The translations under genes and the position numbers were made by a program. From an uncultured Candidatus Saccharibacteria bacterium (lineage in GTDB: Bacteria > Patescibacteriota > Saccharimonadia > Saccharimonadales > UBA4665), in assembly GCA_964393835.1 (NCBI GenBank), contig CAYMUN010000001.1:15455-79454 (forward strand): 64,000 bases of DNA. The letters are read 5' to 3'. The notes under the pieces were generated by a model that had not been told where the DNA came from, did not search any database, and saw nothing but the letters and a program-made list of their open reading frames with translations. Positions 9,787 to 19,138 of the stretch are shown piece by piece (position 1 is the stretch's first letter; every line of letters starts with the position of its first letter).

Positions 9787-10127
9787 AAGACATTTTCGAC
9801 AAACCCCAAAACTGAAAATTTGGGGCCGGCAATCTCGACAGCCGAAAGGACGTACTCACCGCTCCATTTGGTTTCGTCAACCCATGCCCAGGCCGCTCGT
9901 CGCATTTGCTTGAGCTTGGTCGCCGTGATAGCGTCTAGGCCACTGCCTTGATCGTCTTTAAACCGATATTTGACCTCCACGAAATGCACTACGCCGTCTC
10001 TAGTCGCAATAATATCGATCTCGCAGCGCGGCCGGCGCCAGTTTTGCTCGATGATTTTGAAGCCCCGCATCTCGAGGTAAACCCGGGCGGCGGTTTCGGC
10101 TTTGCGCCCTGTCTCGGTAGTGGTCAT
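9783..10127 (-). CDS. yraN: YraN/UPF0102 family endonuclease-like protein
   Basis: 114 aa. Typical YraN core (AARVYLEMRGFKIIEQNWR..CEIDIIA...HFVEVKYR). ATGA overlap with rnhB. Confidence 0.85.
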   Translation of the reverse strand: MTTTETGRKAETAARVYLEMRGFKIIEQNWRRPRCEIDIIATRDGVVHFVEVKYRFKDDQGSGLDAITATKLKQMRRAAWAWVDETKWSGEYVLSAVEIAGPKFSVLGFVENVF

Positions 10128-10723
10128 GCGGCTCCTTGCGCTAAGAGGGCCTGAATCGGCTTAAAGCTTTGGCGATGCAAATTACTGACGCCGTGCAGCT
10201 TGAGTTTTTCGAGATGTAAGGCCGTGCCATAGCCGACATGCTTCTCAAAACCATACTCCGGATAATTAGCGGTTATTTCAGTCATGTAATTATCCCGGGC
10301 GACCTTGGCGACAATGCTGGCGGCGCTGACCGCCGGCACTGCAGTATCGGCTTTTACGATAGCTTGGGCTTTGGGGTTGCCATCCAAAAAATTAAAATTG
10401 CCGTCAATGATAATCTGGTCGTAAGCTACGCCCGACTGCTGGAGCGCTTCCAAGGCCCGCTCCATAGCCCACCTAACGGCAGTCGTAAGACCAACTCGGT
10501 CAATCGTAGCGGCGTCGACCCAACCCAGTCCAACAGCTAGAGCTATTTCCCTGACCCCTGTGGCGGCGGCCTCCCGCTGGCGCTTATTCAACAATTTGGA
10601 ATCGCTCAACCTCCACGCGGCCGGTGTATTTGGGTCAAAATCCGCCGGCAATAGTACCGCCCCGGCTACTACTGGCCCGGCCCAGCAGCCACGGCCTACC
10701 TCATCTATACCTACAATCATCAT
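10124..10723 (-). CDS. rnhB: Ribonuclease HII
   Basis: 199 aa. GIDEVGRGCWAGPV catalytic motif. The extended -10 TGATAGAAT (10741-10733) lies 9 nt from the ATG. Confidence 0.95.
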   Translation of the reverse strand: MMIVGIDEVGRGCWAGPVVAGAVLLPADFDPNTPAAWRLSDSKLLNKRQREAAATGVREIALAVGLGWVDAATIDRVGLTTAVRWAMERALEALQQSGVAYDQIIIDGNFNFLDGNPKAQAIVKADTAVPAVSAASIVAKVARDNYMTEITANYPEYGFEKHVGYGTALHLEKLKLHGVSNLHRQSFKPIQALLAQGAA

Positions 10724-10923
10724 CGTCTCTCTATTCTATCAGCCCGGATCTTAAATAATTATTAAATGTGGACGCGAGCTCGGCACCCTTTCTAGACCTA
10801 TGTACAGATTGCATATAGGATCGATATTTATTCCATACAGAGGAAGTACAGAAAGGATGTGTAATCGATATGGTGCTCTGGAAGCGGGTGCGGCACATCA
10901 ATCTTAGCCTGCCGGAAGAACTA

Positions 10924-11514
10924 CTAGGCTTTGGGGATAGCTTCGGTTTCGGCTGCGGCTGAGGTGTCAGTTGGGGTGTCGGCTGTGGTGTCGGCGGGGG
11001 CGGTGTCGCGAGCAGCCAGAGCGGCTTCGGCTTTGGCGTCGATAGCGGCTTGCTCGGCAGCTTTGGCGGCAGCTTTAGCGGCGGCCTCGGCGGCGACTTG
11101 TTCGTGAAGTTTAGCTTCTTCGGCGGCAGCGGCTTCGTCGTGGATGTCGTTGACGGCGGCGGCGTCAAAAGCGATGCCGGTCATGCGAGCGGCCTTGCCA
11201 GTACGATTACGCATATAGCTCAGGTAGTTGCGGCGGACTTTGGAGCGCTTGGTAACCTCGACCTGGACGACGAGGGGACTGTGCAGTAAAAAGCTTTTTT
11301 CGACGCCGACGCCGCTGGCGATGCGGCGGACGGTAATGCGGCTGGTGTGACTACCTTTCATGTCGGTACGGATAACCAGGCCCTGAAAAATCTGGATGCG
11401 CTCTTTGTTGCCTTCGCGGATTTTTTGGTGCACTTTGACAGTATCGCCGCTGCGGACATCGACGACGGCTTGCTTCTTGTAGCGATCATTAATCTTCTGG
11501 ATTACACCTTGCAT
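10924..11514 (-). CDS. rplS: 50S ribosomal protein L19 with ~85-aa Ala/Glu/Lys/Thr-rich C-terminal extension
   Basis: MQGVIQKINDRYKK..RSGDTVKVHQKIREGNKERIQIFQG aligns residue-for-residue with the bacterial L19 N-terminus. I therefore prefer the ATG at 11514 over the GTG at 11541 in the track. The low-complexity tail lies at 10924-~11190. Confidence 0.9.
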   Translation of the reverse strand: MQGVIQKINDRYKKQAVVDVRSGDTVKVHQKIREGNKERIQIFQGLVIRTDMKGSHTSRITVRRIASGVGVEKSFLLHSPLVVQVEVTKRSKVRRNYLSYMRNRTGKAARMTGIAFDAAAVNDIHDEAAAAEEAKLHEQVAAEAAAKAAAKAAEQAAIDAKAEAALAARDTAPADTTADTPTDTSAAAETEAIPKA

Positions 11515-11523
11515 ATCCGGTAG

Positions 11524-11552
11524 ATTGTACACGATTTTCACCCCTAAGGCAA
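11524..11552 (-). promoter_or_regulatory. rplS promoter TTGCCT-17-TACAAT, 9 nt from the ATG
   Basis: On the minus strand, TTGCCT is at 11552-11547 and TACAAT at 11529-11524, with the ATG at 11514. It shares the same hexamer pair as the pepN promoter. Confidence 0.45.
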
Positions 11553-11573
11553 GCCTAATAGGGCGGGGCTGGC

Positions 11574-13181
11574 TTAGCCGACGACGCGGTACAGTTCCTC
11601 AAGGGTGGTTTCGCCGCGCAGGACTTTGAGCATCCCGTCTTGGAGCATGGTCAGCATGCCGGACTTTGCCGCGGCGGCTTCGATGGTCTGGGTTGAAACG
11701 TAGGCTTTGGGGTTTTCCAGCAAATGCCGTAAGTCATCGCTCATCGTAAACTGCTCCCGGATAGCCAGCTGGCCGCTAAAGCCGTAGGGGTTATCGTCAG
11801 AACTGCCAGGTTTATACAATTGCAAGCCCTCTAAGGGCGGGTGCTCGATACCGGCCGGTAGCGTTGCCAGGACTTCATTAATTTTGGCCCATTCGCCTTC
11901 GCTCGGAGCGTAGGCTTGTTTGAGCGTGTCGTCGAGACGGCGAATCAAGCGCTGGGCCATAACCAGGCGGATTGCCGAAACAAATAGCGGATTTTGGCCG
12001 ATGATTTCCGCGATGCGGGTCAGCGCGGCGCCTGCCGAACTGGCATGAAAAGTCGCTAGCACCAAGTGGCCGGTGAGCGCGGCCTGTAAGGCGGTCTTAG
12101 CCGTATCCAGGTCACGAATCTCACCGATCATCACGATATCCGGATCCAGCCGCAGCACGGCCCGTAGTTTGTCAGCAAAACTGTTATCATTGCCGCCCTC
12201 TTGGGAATGTACCGAGATCTGGGTAATACCCGGAAACTGGTATTCTACGGGGTCTTCGATGGTGATGATTTTACGCTCCTCAGTGTTGAGCGTGTTGAGC
12301 ATCGAGTACAAGGTAGTCGTTTTGCCCGAGCCGGTGGGGCCGACGATCATCGCCAAACCAGTGGGTTTAGAAATAATATCATCGACAATGGCCCGTTCGT
12401 GCTCTGACAAGCCAAGTTTATCAAGAGTATACATCGTAGCGTCCATGTTAAACAGGCGCATGACGACATCCATGCCATTGATCGTCGGCACGGTCTCCAA
12501 GCGGACATTGACATCGACGGTATTGCCGTCGGCCATGGTAACGGCTTGGGCGATATGCCCCTGTTGGGCTTCGTCGACGCCAGTTGAAACATTGCCGGCA
12601 CTGGCGATAGCCGAGAGTAGGATCCTGTATTTTTCATGGCTCAGGTGGGCGATGGGGTGCAAGATGCCGTCGATACGCAACCGAATCCGTATCAGGTTCG
12701 GCTGGTTTTCCAGGTGAATATCCGAAGCATTCAGCCGGTGGGCTTGGGCCACTAAATAGGCCAGCATGTCATCGGCCCGCACCTGCTCCAAGATATCAGA
12801 GATTTGTTCTACCCGCTCGCTGTTGCCAGTCTGGTTGACGGCAATATCCTGGTAGACCACTTGCCTGGGTGGATCATAGAGTTTCATGTACTCCCGGAAA
12901 CCGGCATCAGAAATTACCGTCACTGCTACTCGCTGTTCGATAAAGCGCTGTTGGAGGCTATTGATGGTAGGCGATGAAGTGGTGGTGGTAATACCAAACA
13001 GAATATTGCTGCGATCCATGCGCAGCGGGATCACCCGCATCTGATTGAGCTCCTGTACCGTTAGCAGATCACGGTACAGGGTTTTATCGGTGGTTTGGGA
13101 AGTATCAAAATAATTCAGCCCCAAGATGCGGGCCCGGCGCTGCGTGGCTTGTTCTTCGTCGTGGCGGGCATCCTGGCTCAT
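11574..13181 (-). CDS. pilB: Type IV pilus / type II secretion assembly ATPase (PilB/GspE family)
   Basis: 535 aa. T2SE N-terminal domain, Walker A GPTGSGKTTT, Walker B DPDIVMIGEIRD, His box ATFHA. The protein contains no cysteine at all. Confidence 0.85.
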   Translation of the reverse strand: MSQDARHDEEQATQRRARILGLNYFDTSQTTDKTLYRDLLTVQELNQMRVIPLRMDRSNILFGITTTTSSPTINSLQQRFIEQRVAVTVISDAGFREYMKLYDPPRQVVYQDIAVNQTGNSERVEQISDILEQVRADDMLAYLVAQAHRLNASDIHLENQPNLIRIRLRIDGILHPIAHLSHEKYRILLSAIASAGNVSTGVDEAQQGHIAQAVTMADGNTVDVNVRLETVPTINGMDVVMRLFNMDATMYTLDKLGLSEHERAIVDDIISKPTGLAMIVGPTGSGKTTTLYSMLNTLNTEERKIITIEDPVEYQFPGITQISVHSQEGGNDNSFADKLRAVLRLDPDIVMIGEIRDLDTAKTALQAALTGHLVLATFHASSAGAALTRIAEIIGQNPLFVSAIRLVMAQRLIRRLDDTLKQAYAPSEGEWAKINEVLATLPAGIEHPPLEGLQLYKPGSSDDNPYGFSGQLAIREQFTMSDDLRHLLENPKAYVSTQTIEAAAAKSGMLTMLQDGMLKVLRGETTLEELYRVVG

Positions 13182-13225
13182 ATTCCCCTAGTATAAAGCA
13201 TAAGCAGGGACTTACGGTATAGTGA

Positions 13226-13741
13226 ATGCATATGATCGAGTTGGTTTTAATTGCTCACAATCTGCGTAGCAGCCATAATGTCGGCTCATTGCTGCGTACC
13301 GCTGAGGGCTTAGGAGTGGGTAAGCTATGGCTCACCGGTTATTCCCCTTACCCACTCCGTGAAACCCCTCGTGAAACCGATACGCGTCTGCCTCACCTAG
13401 CTGCCAAAGTCGACCAACAGATTCGTAAAACTGCTTTGGGGGCCGAATCCCAGATCGACTGGCAACACCAGCCGGATATCGAAGAGGTCTTAGGCAGCCT
13501 CAAAAGCCGCGGGTTCCAAGTAGCCGCCCTGGAGCAAGCTTCCGGCTCTATCGCCTTACCCGGTTTTAAGCCGCCTCAAAAACTAGCGCTTGTCCTGGGC
13601 CATGAAGTCGAGGGTCTGGAGTCGGAGATTCTTGGACTGTGCGATATGATCCTGGAAATCCCGATGGCCGGCCAGAAAGAATCATTTAATGTCGTCCAGG
13701 CGGCGGCCATGGCCCTTTACCACTGCCAATTAGTCGCTTAA
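13226..13741 (+). CDS. SpoU/TrmH-family RNA 2'-O-methyltransferase
   Basis: 171 aa. SPOUT motifs NVGSLLRTAEGLGV, LVLGHEVEGL and IPMAGQKESFNVVQAAAMALY. The ATG at 13232 is a possible true start (TATAGT at 13218-13223 lies 8 nt upstream). Confidence 0.85.
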   Translation: MHMIELVLIAHNLRSSHNVGSLLRTAEGLGVGKLWLTGYSPYPLRETPRETDTRLPHLAAKVDQQIRKTALGAESQIDWQHQPDIEEVLGSLKSRGFQVAALEQASGSIALPGFKPPQKLALVLGHEVEGLESEILGLCDMILEIPMAGQKESFNVVQAAAMALYHCQLVA

Positions 13742-13790
13742 AACTCAACGTATGCTATAATTGAATCTGTTAAATCTCAAATAAACATCT

Positions 13791-14702
13791 ATGGCTCTCG
13801 CGACTAGACCAAAACCGACGGTACATCATAAAAAACGCCAGGCGAAACACCATCGCCACAGTAAACACTACTTAAAATCTTACTGGCCGTACTTGCCGAT
13901 GCTGCTGATTGTCGGCATCGGGCTGCTGGTCAATAGCGCCTGGTCGGCCAGCAGCGTATTGGGAATCAAATCGGACTTTAGCAACAGCGCCCTTCTGGCG
14001 GCCACCAACAGTCGGCGTCTCACTGAAAAGCAGCCTACCCTGACCCTTGACCCCCAGTTGACGGCGGCTGCCCAAGCCAAGGCCGAAGACATGGCCCAAG
14101 CCAACTACTGGGCCCATACCTCTCCAACCGGTAAAACACCCTGGGCATTTATCGCCGCCAGCGGCTACCAATACCAAACCGCCGGCGAAAACCTGGCCTA
14201 TGGTTTTGCCAATGCCGAGGATACCGTCACCGGCTGGATGAACAGTCCGGAGCATCGGGACAACATTTTGAGCAGCACCTACCAAAATGTCGGCTTTGGC
14301 GTCGCCAGCTCGCCGAACTACCAAGGCCAGGGGCCAGAAACAATCGTCGTGGCCGAATACGGTCAGCCCGTCGCCGCGACGGCTACCATATCCTTTACCG
14401 TGCCCGAGCCGACCGGTGCGACTACTCAACACATCCAAGGCACAACCACCGAACCGGCGGCTACGCCGGTGTCCCGGATTCAAATGTTGACGGGTGGCCA
14501 GGCCGCCTGGAGCCTGGCGGCCCTGTCGGCCCTGGCCGGTGCCGCCCTGATACTATTCATTACCCGTCACAGCCTACGCCTGCACCGCGCGCTTGTCCGC
14601 GGGGAAGCTTTCATTACTCATCACCCACTGCTCGATATCACGATAGTTTTCATTTTTACCACCGGCTTTGTCCTGAGCCGGGCCAGCGGTATTATCCGCT
14701 AG
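13791..14702 (+). CDS. Membrane-anchored CAP/SCP (YkwD-like) domain protein
   Basis: 303 aa. Basic N-terminus plus a TM helix, CAP-domain signature (AQAKAEDMA..YWAHTSP...GENLAYGF...GWMNSPEHRDNIL...VGFGVA) and C-terminal TM helices. Confidence 0.75.
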   Translation: MALATRPKPTVHHKKRQAKHHRHSKHYLKSYWPYLPMLLIVGIGLLVNSAWSASSVLGIKSDFSNSALLAATNSRRLTEKQPTLTLDPQLTAAAQAKAEDMAQANYWAHTSPTGKTPWAFIAASGYQYQTAGENLAYGFANAEDTVTGWMNSPEHRDNILSSTYQNVGFGVASSPNYQGQGPETIVVAEYGQPVAATATISFTVPEPTGATTQHIQGTTTEPAATPVSRIQMLTGGQAAWSLAALSALAGAALILFITRHSLRLHRALVRGEAFITHHPLLDITIVFIFTTGFVLSRASGIIR

Positions 14703-14720
14703 TTAGCGGGCTGCTGGCCG

Positions 14721-17700
14721 CTACTGCAAGACGAGGTTATCGGCGCCGACTAAGGCTGCTAGTTGGGCCAGGCCATCGCTGGTGCGATCGATCCCACCAG
14801 GGAGTTTTATGGCTTGTTTGCTGGCGGCTTCGCCCAAAACAAGTACAACTTCGGTTTCACCCTGATGACTGTCGATGGTTTGTTTGAGAGTTAACAGAGT
14901 TTGTTGGTCGTTGGTATTGTGCAACCGGATGTACAGACGCTCATGAAGTGGCGTGGTGGCTATGATGTCTGCCGGCTTGCCGGAGACAGTTTTTTTAGGT
15001 TTGGGAGTTTTGATTTTTTTACCGGTACCCTGATAGGCGCCGGCCTGTTGGCTAGTGATTTCGCGAGCATCGTCAACCATGATTTTAACCTCGCTGGACT
15101 CGCCGCCGTCTTTGTCGCGCGCGTTAACCTTGCCGCGAATCAGTACAACTCGGTCACGCTCCCAGAGACCGGCGGTTTGTTGATAGCTGTTAGGGAATAA
15201 AATGACCTCGACTTCAGCAAAGCGATCCTCGATTTTAACAAAGGCCATCTTTTGGCCATTGCGGGTAGTGATTTCACGGAACTCGGTAATGGCACCGCCG
15301 ACTGTGACCGACTTACCGTGATGATCAACCGTAATCGTATTGAGCGGCACGGTTTGCTCGCTCAGGATGGTTTCAAACAGCTCGAGCGGGTGCTGGCTCA
15401 GGTATAGGCCAAGTAACTCCCGCTCCCATATCAGCTGCTCACGACTGTCGACGGGAGCAGGAGGGATTTGCAACTCTAGCCGCGGCCGGCTGACCGAAGC
15501 CTCGTCCTCCAGGTTACCAAATATGTCAGTCTGGCCGCTATTGGCCTGTTTTTGTAACCGGGCGGCATAGGCGAGCAAGAGATCCAGGTTATGGAGCAGC
15601 ATCGATCGGTCACCATAGCGGTCAAAGGCCCCGGCTTTGACGAGGCTTTCCATAGGTTTACGATTAACGATACGATTGCTGACCCGGCCCAAAAAATCCT
15701 CAAGACTTTCAAATTCACCGTCCTGGCGAGCCCTCAGGATTTCTTCGACCACACCAGTACCGACATTTTTGATAGCCGCCATGCCAAAGCGAATCTGGTT
15801 AGTTTCCGGAACGACGGCAAACTCTACGAATGATTCATTAATATCAGGCGGCAGGACGGTGATATCCATATGCTTGCACTCGGTAATTTCGATGGCCAAA
15901 CGGTCAATGTCATCATAGTCGCTAGTCATAACGGCGGCCATGTAGGCGGCCGGGTAGTTAGCTTTGAGATAGGCCGTTTGGTAGGCGATCATGGCATAGC
16001 AGGCGGAGTGAGCTTTGTTGAAACAGTAGGCCGCGAAATCTTCTAATTGCTTCCAGAATTTTTCCATTAGCGGCCGATCAGCCCCGACTGTTTTTATAGC
16101 CCCCTCGATAAATTCAGCCTTCATCTTGGCTAGCATCTGGGGATTTTTTTTACCGATAGCTTTGCGCAGCGTGTCGGCCTGGCCACCGGTAAAACCGCAC
16201 ATCTCCTTAGAGATTTGCATAACCTGCTCTTGGGTGACGATTACTCCGTAGGTGCTCTCCAGCGCTGGCTTCATAGCCGGGTGCAAATAGGTAATTTTGC
16301 GCTCGCCGTGTTTACGGGCGATAAAATCATCAATCCACTGCATCGGGCCGGGACGATACAGAGCCACCATTGAAATGATATCTTCAAAAACCGTGGGCCG
16401 TAGATCCTTGAGATAACGCTTCATGCCGGCCGATTCCAGCTGAAACACACCAGTGGTCTCGCCACGAGCCAGCAGCTCGTAGGTAGACTTGTCGTCAAGC
16501 GGGATGGTGTTAATATCAATAGTTTTGCCGTAAACCCGCTTGATAATTCGCAGGGCGTTATTGATAGTCGTTAAGTTAGACAACCCCAAGAAGTCAATCT
16601 TGAGCAAGCCAAGCTCTTCGATGGGCCCCATCGAGTACTGAGTAGCTACCACGCCCTTTTGAGCCATTTCCAGTGGCGTGTAGCAGACGATATCCTCGGG
16701 AGCGATGACTACGCCGGCGGCGTGAACGCCGTGCGAGCGAATAGTCCCCTCTAGCTGCACTGCCAAGTCAAACACTTTTTTAGCGGTGTCATTGGTCTGG
16801 TACTCCAGCTTGAGCTCACGGTTTTCCTTGATCGATGTTGACAACAGGATGTGCCGACCTTGTACCGGTGGCGGAATCATCTTAGCCAGACGGTCGGCTT
16901 CGGCATACGGGACTTGCAGTACCCGGGAAACGTCGCGTACGGCATTGCGGGCGGCCATCCGGCCAAATGTCACGATATTAGCGACCCGCTCCTTGCCGTA
17001 TTTCTCGACGCAATACTGGATGACCTCGTCACGACGGTTGTCCTGGATGTCGATATCAATATCCGGCATGCTGATCCGGTCAGGATTGAGGAAGCGCTCA
17101 AACAGCAAGTCATAGACCAGCGGGTCGATTTCGGTGATCTTGAGCGCATAGGCGATAATCGAGCCGGCCGCGCTACCACGGCCCGGCCCAAAGACGATGC
17201 CCTGATCTTTGGCCCAGTTAATAAAATCAGCGATGATCAGGAAATAGCCGTTAAAGCCCATTTTTTCGATGACACTCAGCTCATAATCAGCGCGCTCTAA
17301 GACGTGCTGCGGCAAGGTTTTTTTGGCAGCCGAGATGGTGAGACTGGTAGCTTGGGTTTCAGTGATCGGTTGGCCGGCTTTTGACTGGCCGTAGCGCCAA
17401 GCCAGGCCTTGGTAGAGCAGTTTTTCAAGGTAGGAACGCTCGCTTTCGCCTTTAGGCACCGGGAATTTTGGAATCAAAATATTTCCTAATTCGATCGTCA
17501 GGTCACAGCGATCGGCAATGGCTTTGGAGTTGGTAATAAATTCCGGATGGTCGGCGCCCCAGCGGGCGATGACTTCCTCGGGCTTGTTAACGTACAAGTC
17601 GAATTCTTTGAGGCTCATGCGCTTATCGTCGGCCAGAAACGAGCCGGTCTGGACGCAGAGCAGGATTTCATGGGCTTCTTTGTCATCATGCTTTAGATAG

Positions 17701-18368
17701 TGGGCGTCACAGGTCACCACGCCGGGAATATCCAACTCTTGGCCCAATCTAATAAGCTGATCGTTGATGATTTTTTGCTCTGTCCAATGGCCGGGGTGAT
17801 CGGGGTGACCGTGATCCTGGATCTCTAGGTAGTAACGATCACCAAAGGCTTTTTTATACCAGGCGGCAATGGTTTTGGCCTGCTCGTACTGGCCCTGTCG
17901 GATAGCGTCGGCTACTTCGCCGTTGGCGCAACCGCTCAAACAAATCAAGCCCTCGTTGTGCTCCTCCAGCAGTTTGCGATCAATCCGTGGCTTGTAGTAA
18001 AAACCCTCGAGATTGGCGATAGTCGATAGGGCCATCAGGTTTTGGTAGCCCTCGTGGTTCATGGCGAGTAGGATGACGTGGTAATACTGCTTATCCTTAC
18101 CGGGCTCCTTGTCGTAGAGACTGCGGGCCGCGACATAGGCCTCCATGCCGATGATCGGTTTAATGCCACTGCTCCTGGCCTCTTTATAAAACTCGATGGC
18201 GCCGCTCAATGTACCATGATCGGTCATAGCTACCGCTTCCATGCCGCTGGCTTTAACATGCTCGATGAGTGCCGGAACCTTGGTCAACCCATCAAGCAAA
18301 CTGTACTGCGTATGGTTGTGCAAATGCACATAATCACTAGCGTTTAGCGCGCTTTTTTTTGCTGCCAA
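14721..18368 (-). CDS. dnaE: DNA polymerase III alpha subunit
   Basis: 1215 aa. PHP domain (YVHLHNHTQYSLLDG), polymerase core, HhH and OB domains. TTG start after AGAGGGA. No intein-sized insertion. Confidence 0.97.
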   Translation of the reverse strand: MAAKKSALNASDYVHLHNHTQYSLLDGLTKVPALIEHVKASGMEAVAMTDHGTLSGAIEFYKEARSSGIKPIIGMEAYVAARSLYDKEPGKDKQYYHVILLAMNHEGYQNLMALSTIANLEGFYYKPRIDRKLLEEHNEGLICLSGCANGEVADAIRQGQYEQAKTIAAWYKKAFGDRYYLEIQDHGHPDHPGHWTEQKIINDQLIRLGQELDIPGVVTCDAHYLKHDDKEAHEILLCVQTGSFLADDKRMSLKEFDLYVNKPEEVIARWGADHPEFITNSKAIADRCDLTIELGNILIPKFPVPKGESERSYLEKLLYQGLAWRYGQSKAGQPITETQATSLTISAAKKTLPQHVLERADYELSVIEKMGFNGYFLIIADFINWAKDQGIVFGPGRGSAAGSIIAYALKITEIDPLVYDLLFERFLNPDRISMPDIDIDIQDNRRDEVIQYCVEKYGKERVANIVTFGRMAARNAVRDVSRVLQVPYAEADRLAKMIPPPVQGRHILLSTSIKENRELKLEYQTNDTAKKVFDLAVQLEGTIRSHGVHAAGVVIAPEDIVCYTPLEMAQKGVVATQYSMGPIEELGLLKIDFLGLSNLTTINNALRIIKRVYGKTIDINTIPLDDKSTYELLARGETTGVFQLESAGMKRYLKDLRPTVFEDIISMVALYRPGPMQWIDDFIARKHGERKITYLHPAMKPALESTYGVIVTQEQVMQISKEMCGFTGGQADTLRKAIGKKNPQMLAKMKAEFIEGAIKTVGADRPLMEKFWKQLEDFAAYCFNKAHSACYAMIAYQTAYLKANYPAAYMAAVMTSDYDDIDRLAIEITECKHMDITVLPPDINESFVEFAVVPETNQIRFGMAAIKNVGTGVVEEILRARQDGEFESLEDFLGRVSNRIVNRKPMESLVKAGAFDRYGDRSMLLHNLDLLLAYAARLQKQANSGQTDIFGNLEDEASVSRPRLELQIPPAPVDSREQLIWERELLGLYLSQHPLELFETILSEQTVPLNTITVDHHGKSVTVGGAITEFREITTRNGQKMAFVKIEDRFAEVEVILFPNSYQQTAGLWERDRVVLIRGKVNARDKDGGESSEVKIMVDDAREITSQQAGAYQGTGKKIKTPKPKKTVSGKPADIIATTPLHERLYIRLHNTNDQQTLLTLKQTIDSHQGETEVVLVLGEAASKQAIKLPGGIDRTSDGLAQLAALVGADNLVLQ

Positions 18369-18420
18369 AATATCCCTCTATAACCCTACGTTATAGATAC
18401 AGTATACCACTTATCACAGT

Positions 18421-18843
18421 CTATTTTTTGAGGAATTCGCGCAGATGATCGAGGGCGATGGTGGCTTCTTTAACGGCTTTTTTGAGGTCGATGTCTTCGG
18501 CGTCGCCCTCGTGGATGGCGCTGATGATTTCCCGAACTTTTTCTTTAGTATCCATGGCTTTTTCGACGGCTTCGGAAAGCTCGTTTTTAGCCTTGGCGCC
18601 TAGTTTGTCGCCTTTAATCTTGGCCTCGTCAACGACTTTACCCAACTCGGTGTGCAGCTTTTTAAGGTCTTTTTCGGCGGTGGCCAGGCTCTCGTTGGCG
18701 GCGTGTTTGATATCAGCCCGGGTCTTTTTACCGCTTTTGGGCGCGGTCAGTATGCCGACTAAGTAGCCGGCCGCAGCCGCTACAGTGCTGCCGATGGCAA
18801 TTTTTTTGATATTATCACGCTGGCGATCACGACGGTTTAACAT
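18421..18843 (-). CDS. YtxH-domain (general-stress-like) membrane protein
   Basis: 140 aa. TM helix followed by GILTAPKSGKKTRADIK and long Lys/Glu-rich helices. TAATG overlap with the upstream ORF. Confidence 0.75.
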   Translation of the reverse strand: MLNRRDRQRDNIKKIAIGSTVAAAAGYLVGILTAPKSGKKTRADIKHAANESLATAEKDLKKLHTELGKVVDEAKIKGDKLGAKAKNELSEAVEKAMDTKEKVREIISAIHEGDAEDIDLKKAVKEATIALDHLREFLKK

Positions 18844-19112
18844 TATTTACGGCTCCTTTGCGCTAGTTTAATAATATTCCCGATAACTTTAATGATAGCC
18901 ATTTTGCCTTGCGTATCGCGAAAGACTTCGGCGGCCGATTCCACCGAGTCAACCACGTCTTCGGCTTTGGCCACGACGGTGCGAATACTGGAAATGAGTT
19001 TTAAAACCATGATCATCACGGCAATACACAGGATAAAAAACAAGCTCAGCAAACTAGTCAAGATAACAACAAGAACGGTATCGGTAGCACTCATGAGCAC
19101 AGTATATAACAA
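18843..19112 (-). CDS. Small single-TM protein (DUF948-like)
   Basis: Hydrophobic N-terminal helix plus an amphipathic tail. The track start is TTG. The ATG at 19094 is preceded by TATACT (19106-19101) at 6 nt and is the likelier start. Confidence 0.55.
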   Translation of the reverse strand: MLYTVLMSATDTVLVVILTSLLSLFFILCIAVMIMVLKLISSIRTVVAKAEDVVDSVESAAEVFRDTQGKMAIIKVIGNIIKLAQRSRK

Positions 19113-19138
19113 TTAACCGTAGGGGACTAGTGGGGTTG

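Noticed and set aside
10731-11168. 145-aa Pro/Lys/Thr-rich ORF on the minus strand
   Set aside because: It is an alternative frame of the GC-rich low-complexity tail of rplS and runs through the rnhB-rplS spacer. It has no start signals and its composition is a frame artefact.
12073-12717. 214-aa plus-strand ORF
   Set aside because: It lies antisense within the PilB/GspE ATPase gene, is Ser/Arg-rich and has no signals.
13872-14483. 203-aa minus-strand ORF
   Set aside because: It lies antisense to the CAP-domain gene. The Gly/Arg-rich composition is typical of a GC-rich shadow frame.
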